A DNA stretch of 64,000 bases, taken from NCBI GenBank assembly GCA_041488275.1, contig JBGPOY010000003.1, positions 78,092-142,091 on the forward strand. The letters run 5' to 3'. This stretch comes from Candidatus Nanoarchaeia archaeon (GTDB lineage Archaea > Nanobdellota > Nanobdellia > Woesearchaeales > ARS49). The position numbers and the translations under genes are program-made. Below, in pieces: positions 17,309 through 24,691 of the stretch; within the stretch, counting starts at the first letter, position 1; each line of letters starts with the position of its first letter. The notes beneath the pieces are model-generated. The model was not told the origin of the DNA. It searched no databases and saw nothing but the letters and a program-made list of their open reading frames with translations.

Positions 17309-18069
17309 GCAGGCTGCGCGCGGCGCAGATAGAACCACAACCCTGTGCCGATGGCAATCTGCAGCAGGCTCAGCCATTGCCCGAGTTCCAGCCCCGCGAG
17401 CAGGACTTCCGGCACCTTGAAGAATTCTGAGACGAACCGGAACGCGCCGTAGAGCATCAGGAACAGCGCGAATATGCTTCCCGTGGGGAGCTGCTTCTTG
17501 CGCTGCGAGTACAGTATCGCGAAGAGCAGGATGTTGTAGAAAATTTCGTACAGCTGCACGGGATGGCGCGGCACTTCGTCGACGTGCGCGTAGATGACCG
17601 CCCACGGTCCGTTCCAGGGCGTACCGACGAGTTCTGAATTGAAAAAGTTGCCCAGTCTTCCGAACGCCTGCGCGAGCGTCGCCGGCACGATGAGTACGTC
17701 GCAAAAATGCAGGAACTCGACCTGATGCCGTTTGCACCAGAACCACACCGCGAGGATGACCCCGATGAGCCCGCCGTAAAAGCTCAGTCCTCCCTCCCAA
17801 ATCGCGATGATTTTGAGCGGATTGGCAAAATAATAGGCGGGCTCGTAGAACAGGACTTCGAACAGGCGCGCGCCGAGCACCATGGAGATGACAATCCAGA
17901 CGAACGCCGTGTCAAAGTGGTCAAGTGTGGTCTTGAACCGCCCCGCCTTGATTTCGCGCCGGCAATACCCATACGCAAACAGCACGCCGAGCGCGTAGAG
18001 AATTCCGTACCACCGAATCGTCAGGAGCCCGACCGAAAGCGCAATAGGATTGAGGTTGTTAACGAACAC
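17296..18069 (-). CDS. lgt: Prolipoprotein diacylglyceryl transferase homologue
   Basis: Lgt signatures: IRWYGILYALG, GRLGNFFNSELVGTPW and HPVQLYE. I placed the start at the GTG at 18069; the longest ORF reaches 18138. Confidence 0.85.
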   Translation of the reverse strand: MFVNNLNPIALSVGLLTIRWYGILYALGVLFAYGYCRREIKAGRFKTTLDHFDTAFVWIVISMVLGARLFEVLFYEPAYYFANPLKIIAIWEGGLSFYGGLIGVILAVWFWCKRHQVEFLHFCDVLIVPATLAQAFGRLGNFFNSELVGTPWNGPWAVIYAHVDEVPRHPVQLYEIFYNILLFAILYSQRKKQLPTGSIFALFLMLYGAFRFVSEFFKVPEVLLAGLELGQWLSLLQIAIGTGLWFYLRRAQPAQTL

Positions 18070-18922
18070 GGTCGTCACCCTGCAGCGAGCGCGAGACAAA
18101 CACGCGGCACGCGAACGCGAGCGGGCCGAGGACGACAATGGTAAGGATAAGTCCCAGCGCTTCGTTCGCAGCGACGAGAGGATTCAGGATAAATCGCGCA
18201 ATCGCGTACACTGCTACAAACGCCACTGCCAGCACGGCAGCGGAGGGAATAAACGCAAGAATCCGCTCAACGCCGAATGCCCGCTTAAAGGCGTTCACGC
18301 CGCGATGCCCCGACAACAGAGCGTACGACAAGAGAACGAAAAAAGCAAAGATGCAGAGGAAAGCAAAGCGCGCCCACGCAGGAACAACCCATCCGGCGAC
18401 ACGCGTGATGGACTGCACAAGTGCCGAGCGCAGGTCGAGGACGTCAACCGCGGATTTCGCGACAACAAAAATCAGTCCCCACCACGCGTTCAGCACGCCG
18501 AATTCCCAGAGATACGTTCCGGCGCCGCGTTTCTCGCCCGCGGTTCCTGCCGCGATGCGCCAGACGCCTCCTTGCACAAGCGCCCACAAGACGTACGCAA
18601 TAAGACCCCACACGACCATCCAGAACACCGTGCCCCAGAAATACGGGCTCGCGTCCGGGGCGAAGAGGAGACTGAATATGCTGGGCGTTTCGTAGCGCTG
18701 GCCCGCCTGCTGCAGCGCCTGCCCGAGAACGCTCGCGAGGTTCGTGAAGTCGATGGTGAGCACGTCGCGTATCGGCTGCGTCAGGAAACCATAGACGAAG
18801 AGAAACGCGACGTCGAGCAGCGTCGAGAGCAGCACGAGCCAAGGCTGTCGGACAATGGCGCGAACAGACGCAAACGCGTTGCGGAGAGCAGTATTCCAGC
18901 GGTTCATTCCATCCTCTTTCAC
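18059..18922 (-). CDS. Hypothetical polytopic membrane protein
   Basis: 287 aa with about 6 TM helices, located immediately upstream of lgt with an overlapping junction. Confidence 0.7.
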   Translation of the reverse strand: MKEDGMNRWNTALRNAFASVRAIVRQPWLVLLSTLLDVAFLFVYGFLTQPIRDVLTIDFTNLASVLGQALQQAGQRYETPSIFSLLFAPDASPYFWGTVFWMVVWGLIAYVLWALVQGGVWRIAAGTAGEKRGAGTYLWEFGVLNAWWGLIFVVAKSAVDVLDLRSALVQSITRVAGWVVPAWARFAFLCIFAFFVLLSYALLSGHRGVNAFKRAFGVERILAFIPSAAVLAVAFVAVYAIARFILNPLVAANEALGLILTIVVLGPLAFACRVFVSRSLQGDDRVR

Positions 18923-18955
18923 GCTCGAGAAAAGCGCTCGCGTGCTATATAATGG

Positions 18956-19450
18956 TTATGACTTGTACTCGATGATGAGCGTGCCTGCCTTGCTGCCGTC
19001 GCGCTCGGTCCACGTGAATTCGCCCTGCGTGAGCGGCGTGAAGTCAATCGTGACGGTGTTGCCTGCGCTGATGACGGTGTTGAGGCTCAGTTCGGAAATG
19101 ATGAACGAGTGGTCTTTGGTGTCGTCGTTGGAAATCGTGAACTTTTCGCGGTCGCCGGGCGTGATGGTCAGAATCGAGGGGTTGTAACCGCTGCGGTCGA
19201 CGCTGAAAACGTAATTGCGCGTGACGCCGGTGGGCTGGATGCCCGGCTGTGAGGCAGGTCCGCCGATGCGTCCGGAAATGCCTTGCGATTCGGGAGCAGG
19301 CGCGGGCGTTTCGGGAGCGGGAGCTCCAACGATAACCTGCTGCTGTCCGGCAGCGGACGACGCAGGAGCGGAAGACGCGGCAGGCGAGGACGGTGACGTG
19401 CACGCGGCAAGCAAAAGCACGGCAAGGATTGCGACAAAGACTCGTTTCAT
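18956..19450 (-). CDS. Lipoprotein candidate with a cupredoxin-like domain (no obvious Cu ligands)
   Basis: MKRVFVAILAVLLLAACTSP (lipobox), a Pro/Ala/Ser linker, then ILTITPGDREKFTISNDD...GEFTWTERDGSKAGTLIIE. Confidence 0.75.
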   Translation of the reverse strand: MKRVFVAILAVLLLAACTSPSSPAASSAPASSAAGQQQVIVGAPAPETPAPAPESQGISGRIGGPASQPGIQPTGVTRNYVFSVDRSGYNPSILTITPGDREKFTISNDDTKDHSFIISELSLNTVISAGNTVTIDFTPLTQGEFTWTERDGSKAGTLIIEYKS

Positions 19451-19824
19451 GGGGTTACCTCTTTGACTTGAACGGCGCCAATCATATCTGAGTGTCCGTC
19501 GCCGCAGAAGACGCTGCAGCGGAACTGGAACAGTCCGACCTTGGTCGCGTCGAACTCGACAATGGATGTGTGCCCGAGCTGCAGCGGGGCGTTGACGTGG
19601 AATTCGGGAATGCTGATGCCGTGCATCACGTCCGCGCTGGTGATGTGCAGTTTGACGTGATCGCCTTTGTTGACCGTGATGAGCGCGGGCTCGAACGCGA
19701 ACTGCTTCGCAGTCATGTCAAATTCCTTCAGCGGACCCTGCACGAACGGCTCGCTCGGAGCGGCGGAAGACGCGCAGCCGGTCAGGAACAGCGCAAGAAC
19801 CGCCACCGGAATCACCCATCGCAT
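19447..19824 (-). CDS. Cupredoxin-domain lipoprotein candidate with a CuA/type-1-like ligand set
   Basis: MRWVIPVAVLALFLTGCASS (lipobox), VMHGISIPEF and FRCSVFCGDGHSDM (C-x3-C-x3-H-x2-M, as in CoxB-type sites). The start was trimmed to Met15, with a TATA about 25 nt upstream. Confidence 0.8.
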   Translation of the reverse strand: MRWVIPVAVLALFLTGCASSAAPSEPFVQGPLKEFDMTAKQFAFEPALITVNKGDHVKLHITSADVMHGISIPEFHVNAPLQLGHTSIVEFDATKVGLFQFRCSVFCGDGHSDMIGAVQVKEVTP

Positions 19825-19911
19825 ACGTGCACTGCTGAGGTCGCGGTATAAAAAACTTGTGAACACAAAAATTTTTATATCACCTGCGCTCTTAAGGAAA
19901 CGGTGACTTCA

Positions 19912-20079
19912 ATGACTGACGGTAAAATCAAGTTCTGGTGTTCGAGCTGCAAGTACAAGTTTCAGCGCAAGGCAAAGCCGAATATGTGCCCGTATTGCAG
20001 CAAGCCGACCGTTGAAGATGACCGTTCGCGCGGCGCAGAAGATTTGCTCCGTGAAGTGAGCGAGATTGGGCGCGAGTAG
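19912..20079 (+). CDS. Small zinc-ribbon protein (55 aa)
   Basis: MTDGKIKFWCSSCKYKF...CPYCSKPT (CxxC-x13-CxxC). TATA ATTTTTATAT lies about 35 nt upstream. It is below the ORF-track length cut-off. Confidence 0.6.
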   Translation: MTDGKIKFWCSSCKYKFQRKAKPNMCPYCSKPTVEDDRSRGAEDLLREVSEIGRE

Positions 20080-20082
20080 CGC

Positions 20083-20466
20083 CTAAATCGCGTCAATAAC
20101 TTTTCTCAGGCGTTTTTCAACGCTTGCGGTGATTGCGTCGAGCTCGTCGTTGCTCAGCAATCCGGCGATTTTGGTGGGTTCCTGCACGGCGACGATGATG
20201 TTCTTTTCCTCTCGGTAAACGGCGAGGTTGAACGGCTGGAACAGCCCTGCGGTTCGGTCGAGGTGCAGCATTTCGTGCGTGACGCGCGGGTCGCACACGC
20301 CCAAGAGCAGGTACTCGGGATGGTCCTGATGGATTTTCTGCTTCAGCAGTTTTGAGAGGTCGGTTTCGGTGATGATGGCGAAGCCGCCCGCGGACAGCTC
20401 CTCGCGGACTTTCTTGACCGCATCAACAAAGGAAAGTTTGACCGAGCGCCGGATGCCATAGACCAT
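20083..20466 (-). CDS. DUF302-domain protein
   Basis: 127 aa: SFVDAVKKVREELSAGGFAIITETDLSKLLK...LLGVCDP fits the DUF302 pattern. The 283-aa ORF was trimmed. Confidence 0.8.
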   Translation of the reverse strand: MVYGIRRSVKLSFVDAVKKVREELSAGGFAIITETDLSKLLKQKIHQDHPEYLLLGVCDPRVTHEMLHLDRTAGLFQPFNLAVYREEKNIIVAVQEPTKIAGLLSNDELDAITASVEKRLRKVIDAI

Positions 20467-20471
20467 GGTGC

Positions 20472-21689
20472 TCACGCCGTCCCGCTTGCGGGCGCGGCGG
20501 TGGAAAGGATTTTGCCGTTGGTCAGGTTCTTGTAGTTCACGCCTTGCAGCAGGTTGACCTTGCGGAAGACGTACGCGCCGTCCTTCTCGACCGTGCCGAC
20601 GCTCGGCCACACGGCGACGAGCGCGGGATACGTCGCGGGGTCGCCGGTCACGATAATCGTCGGAACGAGCGAGAGGTTGTACTGCGCGAGCAGGTTCTTG
20701 CCTTCGGGCGAGCTGACATCGACTACTCGGTCGGTGGAGAACTGCGCTCCGAAATTGGACAGGAAGATTTCTTTGTGAATGCTCGCGTTGTAGCACGTCG
20801 TGCACGAGGCGTCCGTGAGTTCGAGCAGATTGAGCAGTCCGCGGACCTTGCCTGACGTGAGGTCGTAGTATGGCGGCTCGACTTGGCGCAGGACATAGCT
20901 TCCGTCGGGCGCGACGTCGCCGACTTGGTCCCATTGCCCCGCGATGAAGTCGTAGTCTTTCGCTGCAGGGCTCAGCACGACCGCGGGAAGTTTGGTGATG
21001 GAGTACGCGTTAATCAGGCGTTTGCCCTCTTCGCTGGATGCGGAAAACGATTTTTCAGACGTCAGCGCGACGCCTGACTGTTTCAGCTGGTCACCGAGCG
21101 TGCTGAGGTTGCTGCACTGCGGGCAGAGGGCGGGATCTGCGGTGACTTCCTCCAGCGAGAGGAGTCCGCCGACGCTGCCGGACTTGACGTCATAGAACGG
21201 CGCGGGCGATTCAAGCGAGAGCGCGTCGCCGATTTTGAAGAATCCCTGGAGCTGGACTTTGTCGACATCACCCTGCACGATGATGACGGGCAGGCGCGAG
21301 ACGTTGTAATCGTTCATCAATTTCTTGGAGTGCGGGTCGCTCATCGCGAGCGTGAGCGAATCAACGGCGTACTCTTTGCTGGCTGCAAGTTGTTTTGCGA
21401 CGGCCGCGAGGTCGTAGCATTCCTTGCAGTCGGCGGTGATGAGCGTCATCTTGATGCTGGGCTTTACGGGAGTCGCGGAGGCGGGTCCGGCAAGCAATTT
21501 CTGGACGCCGAGGATTTGGACGGCGTTGACAATCAGCACGACGCCGATGAGCACGGCGAGAATCAGGTGGATGGGCGCAAAGGTTTTCTTGGGCGCGTGG
21601 TGAACGGCGTGATGCACCGGATGGGCGGGGTGCAGCGCGTGGTGAGGTTCCTGGTGTTCTGCAGCATGTTCCGGTTTTTTGTCTTCCAC
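20472..21689 (-). CDS. Membrane-anchored protein with three tandem thioredoxin-like CxxC repeats and a His-rich cytoplasmic tail
   Basis: N-terminus EHAAEHQEPHHALHPAHPVHHAVHHAPKK, one TM helix, then three roughly 105-aa repeats with CKEC, CPQC and CTTC. Confidence 0.85.
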   Translation of the reverse strand: MEDKKPEHAAEHQEPHHALHPAHPVHHAVHHAPKKTFAPIHLILAVLIGVVLIVNAVQILGVQKLLAGPASATPVKPSIKMTLITADCKECYDLAAVAKQLAASKEYAVDSLTLAMSDPHSKKLMNDYNVSRLPVIIVQGDVDKVQLQGFFKIGDALSLESPAPFYDVKSGSVGGLLSLEEVTADPALCPQCSNLSTLGDQLKQSGVALTSEKSFSASSEEGKRLINAYSITKLPAVVLSPAAKDYDFIAGQWDQVGDVAPDGSYVLRQVEPPYYDLTSGKVRGLLNLLELTDASCTTCYNASIHKEIFLSNFGAQFSTDRVVDVSSPEGKNLLAQYNLSLVPTIIVTGDPATYPALVAVWPSVGTVEKDGAYVFRKVNLLQGVNYKNLTNGKILSTAAPASGTA

Positions 21690-21702
21690 GGGGTTCCCTC
21701 AG

Positions 21703-22134
21703 TTATAATGAGCAGCCGGTCAATGCGGACAGGCGCTCAAGCGATTGGACGTCCTCATACATCTCCCCGTCAATCACCCACGTCGGGGTTTTCTTGATGG
21801 GCTCGGGCGAGTCGCGATAGTCGCGGTAATCAAGATATTTGAATGACTTGCCGAACATGCCCGCCTGTTCCTGCGTGAAGTGGCACCACTCGATGGCGCC
21901 GTACATGATGGCGTTGTGGTCGTGCAGGCATTGGGCGAACGCGTCGTACTTGCCGGGAAGCGCGAACGCGACGCCGACAATGAGCAAGACGAGCAGAAGA
22001 GCTCCGCCGACGGAGAAATAAACGAACCGCTTGCGCTTCGACTGCGACTGCTGCTTTTCCTGAAGCGCAACATCACGTTCCTGATTGCGCTGCTCCTGCT
22101 TCAGCCGGAGCTTTTCGTGCCGGTCAACGTTCAT
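21703..22134 (-). CDS. Membrane-anchored thioredoxin-like domain protein (VKOR-associated Trx type) with a degenerate CxxC (CHFT)
   Basis: One TM helix, then FAQCL..MYGAIEWCHFTQEQAGMFG...TPTWVIDG...LTGC. Confidence 0.75.
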   Translation of the reverse strand: MNVDRHEKLRLKQEQRNQERDVALQEKQQSQSKRKRFVYFSVGGALLLVLLIVGVAFALPGKYDAFAQCLHDHNAIMYGAIEWCHFTQEQAGMFGKSFKYLDYRDYRDSPEPIKKTPTWVIDGEMYEDVQSLERLSALTGCSL

Positions 22135-22150
22135 AGTTCATCACGCTGGC

Positions 22151-22345
22151 TTAGAGTCCGGTCGTGACGGGCGTTGCCGCGTCCGAGCACGGGTCTTCGA
22201 TGGCGTGCGCGGGAGCGCCGACGCCGCAGCCGCCGCCGACGGGTCCTGACGGAGGCGTGTACGATGCCTGACCGGTCGCGCAGCCGGCAACAAAGAGCAG
22301 ACCGATGATGGTCAGCGCGAGAATCGCGATGGTTGTTGCTTTCAT
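22151..22345 (-). CDS. Small lipoprotein candidate
   Basis: MKATTIAILALTIIGLLFVAGCATG (lipobox VAGC). 64 aa, Gly/Pro-rich, with 2 further Cys. Confidence 0.55.
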   Translation of the reverse strand: MKATTIAILALTIIGLLFVAGCATGQASYTPPSGPVGGGCGVGAPAHAIEDPCSDAATPVTTGL

Positions 22346-22366
22346 TTCATTTCCCCCATTTAGCGC

Positions 22367-22570
22367 TTAACAGCCGCCCACCATATTGGGCAGGTTCTGC
22401 AGGCTTGCCGGCACGCTGCCGCCGCCTGCGCTCGGAGCCGCTCCGCCCGCTGCAACGGCAACGCCGCCCGTGGCGAGCTTCTCCTTAATCGTGTTGACTT
22501 GGAACGCCTGCACCACGCTCAGGAGGAGCAGGATGCCCAGCACGATCGCGATAATCAGGTTCTTGTTCAT
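22367..22570 (-). CDS. Small type-II membrane protein ending in LPNMVGGC
   Basis: MNKNLIIAIVLGILLLLSVVQAFQV...LQNLPNMVGGC*. It is paralogous to the N- and C-termini of the upstream gene product. The 90-aa ORF was trimmed. Confidence 0.6.
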   Translation of the reverse strand: MNKNLIIAIVLGILLLLSVVQAFQVNTIKEKLATGGVAVAAGGAAPSAGGGSVPASLQNLPNMVGGC

Positions 22571-22571
22571 G

Positions 22572-23435
22572 TTAGCATCCTCCGACCATATCGGGCAGGC
22601 TTCCGATGTCCGCCGTCTTGCCCGACTGCAGTTTTGCAAGCAGTTGGGCGTCGTTCAGTTTCGCAGGGTCGAGGTCGAGCCCGTTTTGCACGAGCGCGAC
22701 GCCCTTTTGAACCATGTTCTTGGGATAAAAGAGCGACTTCCAGCGCGTGAGGTCCCAGTAAATCTGGTCGTCAGTCCACGTGGTGGGGTGCGTCTTGATA
22801 ATGTACTTGGTGAGCCCGCGGAACGCCGCGGAGTGGGCGCAACCGCACAAGTCGCGGCCTTGGTTGTCCGTGACGGCAGGTGCGCTGCAGCAGAACTCGC
22901 AGGAAATTTTGGTCGTGATGCCGACGTAGCGCTTAAACTCGTCGGGGGTAAGCGTCTTGGTTGGGATGGCTTGGTCGAGTCGCGCAAGCGTTTGGAGACC
23001 GGGGACGGGGTTGTCGAACGAGACGCCGAGCTCCTTGCCATAATCCTTCGGTGTTCCGGTCGGAATGAGCGCCTTGATGACGCTGTTGACGACGTCGCCC
23101 GATGCATCGAGCTTGATGGTACCCGAGGTTTGGCCTGCGGTCGGTCCCGAAGGCGCGAGCGCGCTGCCGCCCGAGACGAGCAGCCCCGAGACTTGCGTAA
23201 TCTGGAATTGGTTGAAGAGAATCATCAAAGAAACGAGCGCGATAAGCAGGAACGAGAGTTTTTCGCCGGCGCTTACGGGTGTGTGCGCGTCGTGAGGCGC
23301 GTGCACTTCGTGAGATGCAGGGTGCGCAACCGGAACCGCGAGAGGTTTTGATTCGACCTTGGGTTCCGCTTTGACTGCCTTTTCTTTTTTTGGTTCTGCC
23401 ACAGGATGCTCCTGCGCTCCCCCGATTTTCACCAT
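22572..23435 (-). CDS. Membrane-anchored Cys-motif protein (CxxCC...CGCxH) with a His-rich tail, ending in LPDMVGGC
   Basis: His-rich N-terminus (HPASHEVHAPHDAHTP), one TM helix, the motif KISCEFCCSAPAVTDNQGRDLCGCAHS, and the C-terminus GSLPDMVGGC*. A TATA lies about 25 nt upstream of the ATG. Confidence 0.8.
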   Translation of the reverse strand: MVKIGGAQEHPVAEPKKEKAVKAEPKVESKPLAVPVAHPASHEVHAPHDAHTPVSAGEKLSFLLIALVSLMILFNQFQITQVSGLLVSGGSALAPSGPTAGQTSGTIKLDASGDVVNSVIKALIPTGTPKDYGKELGVSFDNPVPGLQTLARLDQAIPTKTLTPDEFKRYVGITTKISCEFCCSAPAVTDNQGRDLCGCAHSAAFRGLTKYIIKTHPTTWTDDQIYWDLTRWKSLFYPKNMVQKGVALVQNGLDLDPAKLNDAQLLAKLQSGKTADIGSLPDMVGGC

Positions 23436-23492
23436 GGGTTTGCGCCTTGTTGGAATCTATATAAAGATTGTGATTCACGAAACGCCACAACC

Positions 23493-23509
23493 GTTACATC
23501 TAGCGTAAC
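23493..23509. promoter_or_regulatory. Inverted repeat GTTAC-N7-GTAAC (candidate BlaI-family operator)
   Basis: Read directly from the sequence. It lies in the divergent promoter region between 23435 (-) and 23586 (+). Confidence 0.45.
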
Positions 23510-23537
23510 ATAACTGCTATTTAAGCGTTGTGAATGA

Positions 23538-23554
23538 TTTACAAGATGCGTAAA
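23538..23554. promoter_or_regulatory. Inverted repeat TTTAC-N7-GTAAA (candidate BlaI-family operator) abutting the TATA box CTATTTATAG (23555-23564)
   Basis: It has the same TTAC-N7-GTAA architecture as 23493-23509. The TATA lies about 25 nt upstream of the blaI-like ATG. Confidence 0.45.
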
Positions 23555-23585
23555 CTATTTATAGACGCTCGTCTCGTGCAACCGC

Positions 23586-23942
23586 ATGAAAGAAGTGATG
23601 GGGCGGTTTGATGAACTGCTGAGCCCGCTCGAAGCCGACGTTCTTCGCGTCCTCTGGCCCGACAAAAAAATGAAAGTGCGCCAGATGTACGACCTGCTGA
23701 AGCACAAGCGCAAGGTCGCGCTCAGCTCCGTGGCCGTGATTCTCGACCGATTGCACGCGCGCGGAATTGTCAACCGCACCGTCGAGACCGCGCGAGGAGG
23801 AATGCGCTACACGTACTTCCCGCGGCAGGACAAAAAACAGTTCGAACAAAACGTTGTCGAAACCGCCGTCAACAAACTGATTGACGCGTTCGGTCCGACC
23901 GCGGTCAGTTATTTCAACGAGCGCTTTGGGAGGAAGAAGTGA
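23586..23942 (+). CDS. BlaI/MecI/CopY-family winged-helix repressor
   Basis: LSPLEADVLRVLW...VALSSVAVILDRLHARGIVNR...YTYFP. There is no C-terminal CopY-type Cys motif. Confidence 0.9.
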   Translation: MKEVMGRFDELLSPLEADVLRVLWPDKKMKVRQMYDLLKHKRKVALSSVAVILDRLHARGIVNRTVETARGGMRYTYFPRQDKKQFEQNVVETAVNKLIDAFGPTAVSYFNERFGRKK

Positions 23943-24691
23943 GCATTCTCCAAGTGATGCTGCTGACCCTCCTCAATCCGACGTATCTGACGATTTCCGC
24001 CGGCGCGGTGTTGCTTGCGCTGCTCGTGCTTGCCGCCTCGAGAAACGCGCAACTCACGGTTGCCGCCCGCGTGTTTCTGATTTACGTCCACATCGCATTG
24101 CTGCTCGTGCCGATTGCCGCGTTATCGTACACGAGCGGATGCGCGTTGCCCGGCGTGCAGTGTACGACGCGCACGTTATTGTTTGCGCTGCCGCTCATCC
24201 TCGCGGGCATCATCACGACGACGGGCGTTGCGGGTTATTATTTACTCCCGCGTCTCTACCGCAGAAAGCTCGGCGCCCGACCGATGCACGACGCGCGCAT
24301 GCAGACGATGGTTGACCGCGTTGCGAAGAAATTCGGCATTCTCCCTCCTGCGATGTTCGCGCTCGACACCGCGGCGCCGATGGCGTTCAGCTTCTCATCG
24401 TTCAAGCCCGCGATTTTCGTCTCGATTGGCATGCTGGACATTCTCTCGCGCAAGGAACTCGAAGCGGTTGTTTTGCACGAACTCGGACATCTCTGCCAGC
24501 GTTCTTCACTGTTGAAGTTCACGAGCCAGTTGGTGCGCTTTGTCAGCCCCGTCGCGGCGTTCGCGACACGCCCGCACGACATCGACGCGGAAGAACGCGC
24601 GGCTGACGCGTTCGCGATACGCCTGCAGAAAACGTCCTTGCACGTGGGCCGTGCGCGCAGGAACGTCGAAGCATTCTTTCAATCAGCATGA
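23939..24691 (+). CDS. BlaR1-like M56-family membrane metalloprotease (no extracellular sensor domain)
   Basis: About 4 TM helices and the HExxH motif VLHELGHL. Overlaps the repressor gene by 4 nt. Confidence 0.85.
   Translation: MSILQVMLLTLLNPTYLTISAGAVLLALLVLAASRNAQLTVAARVFLIYVHIALLLVPIAALSYTSGCALPGVQCTTRTLLFALPLILAGIITTTGVAGYYLLPRLYRRKLGARPMHDARMQTMVDRVAKKFGILPPAMFALDTAAPMAFSFSSFKPAIFVSIGMLDILSRKELEAVVLHELGHLCQRSSLLKFTSQLVRFVSPVAAFATRPHDIDAEERAADAFAIRLQKTSLHVGRARRNVEAFFQSA

Noticed and set aside
16808-17800. 330-aa minus-strand ORF overlapping the kinase-like gene and lgt
   Set aside because: It is out of frame with lgt and antisense to the kinase-like gene. It has an Arg/Ala-rich shadow composition.
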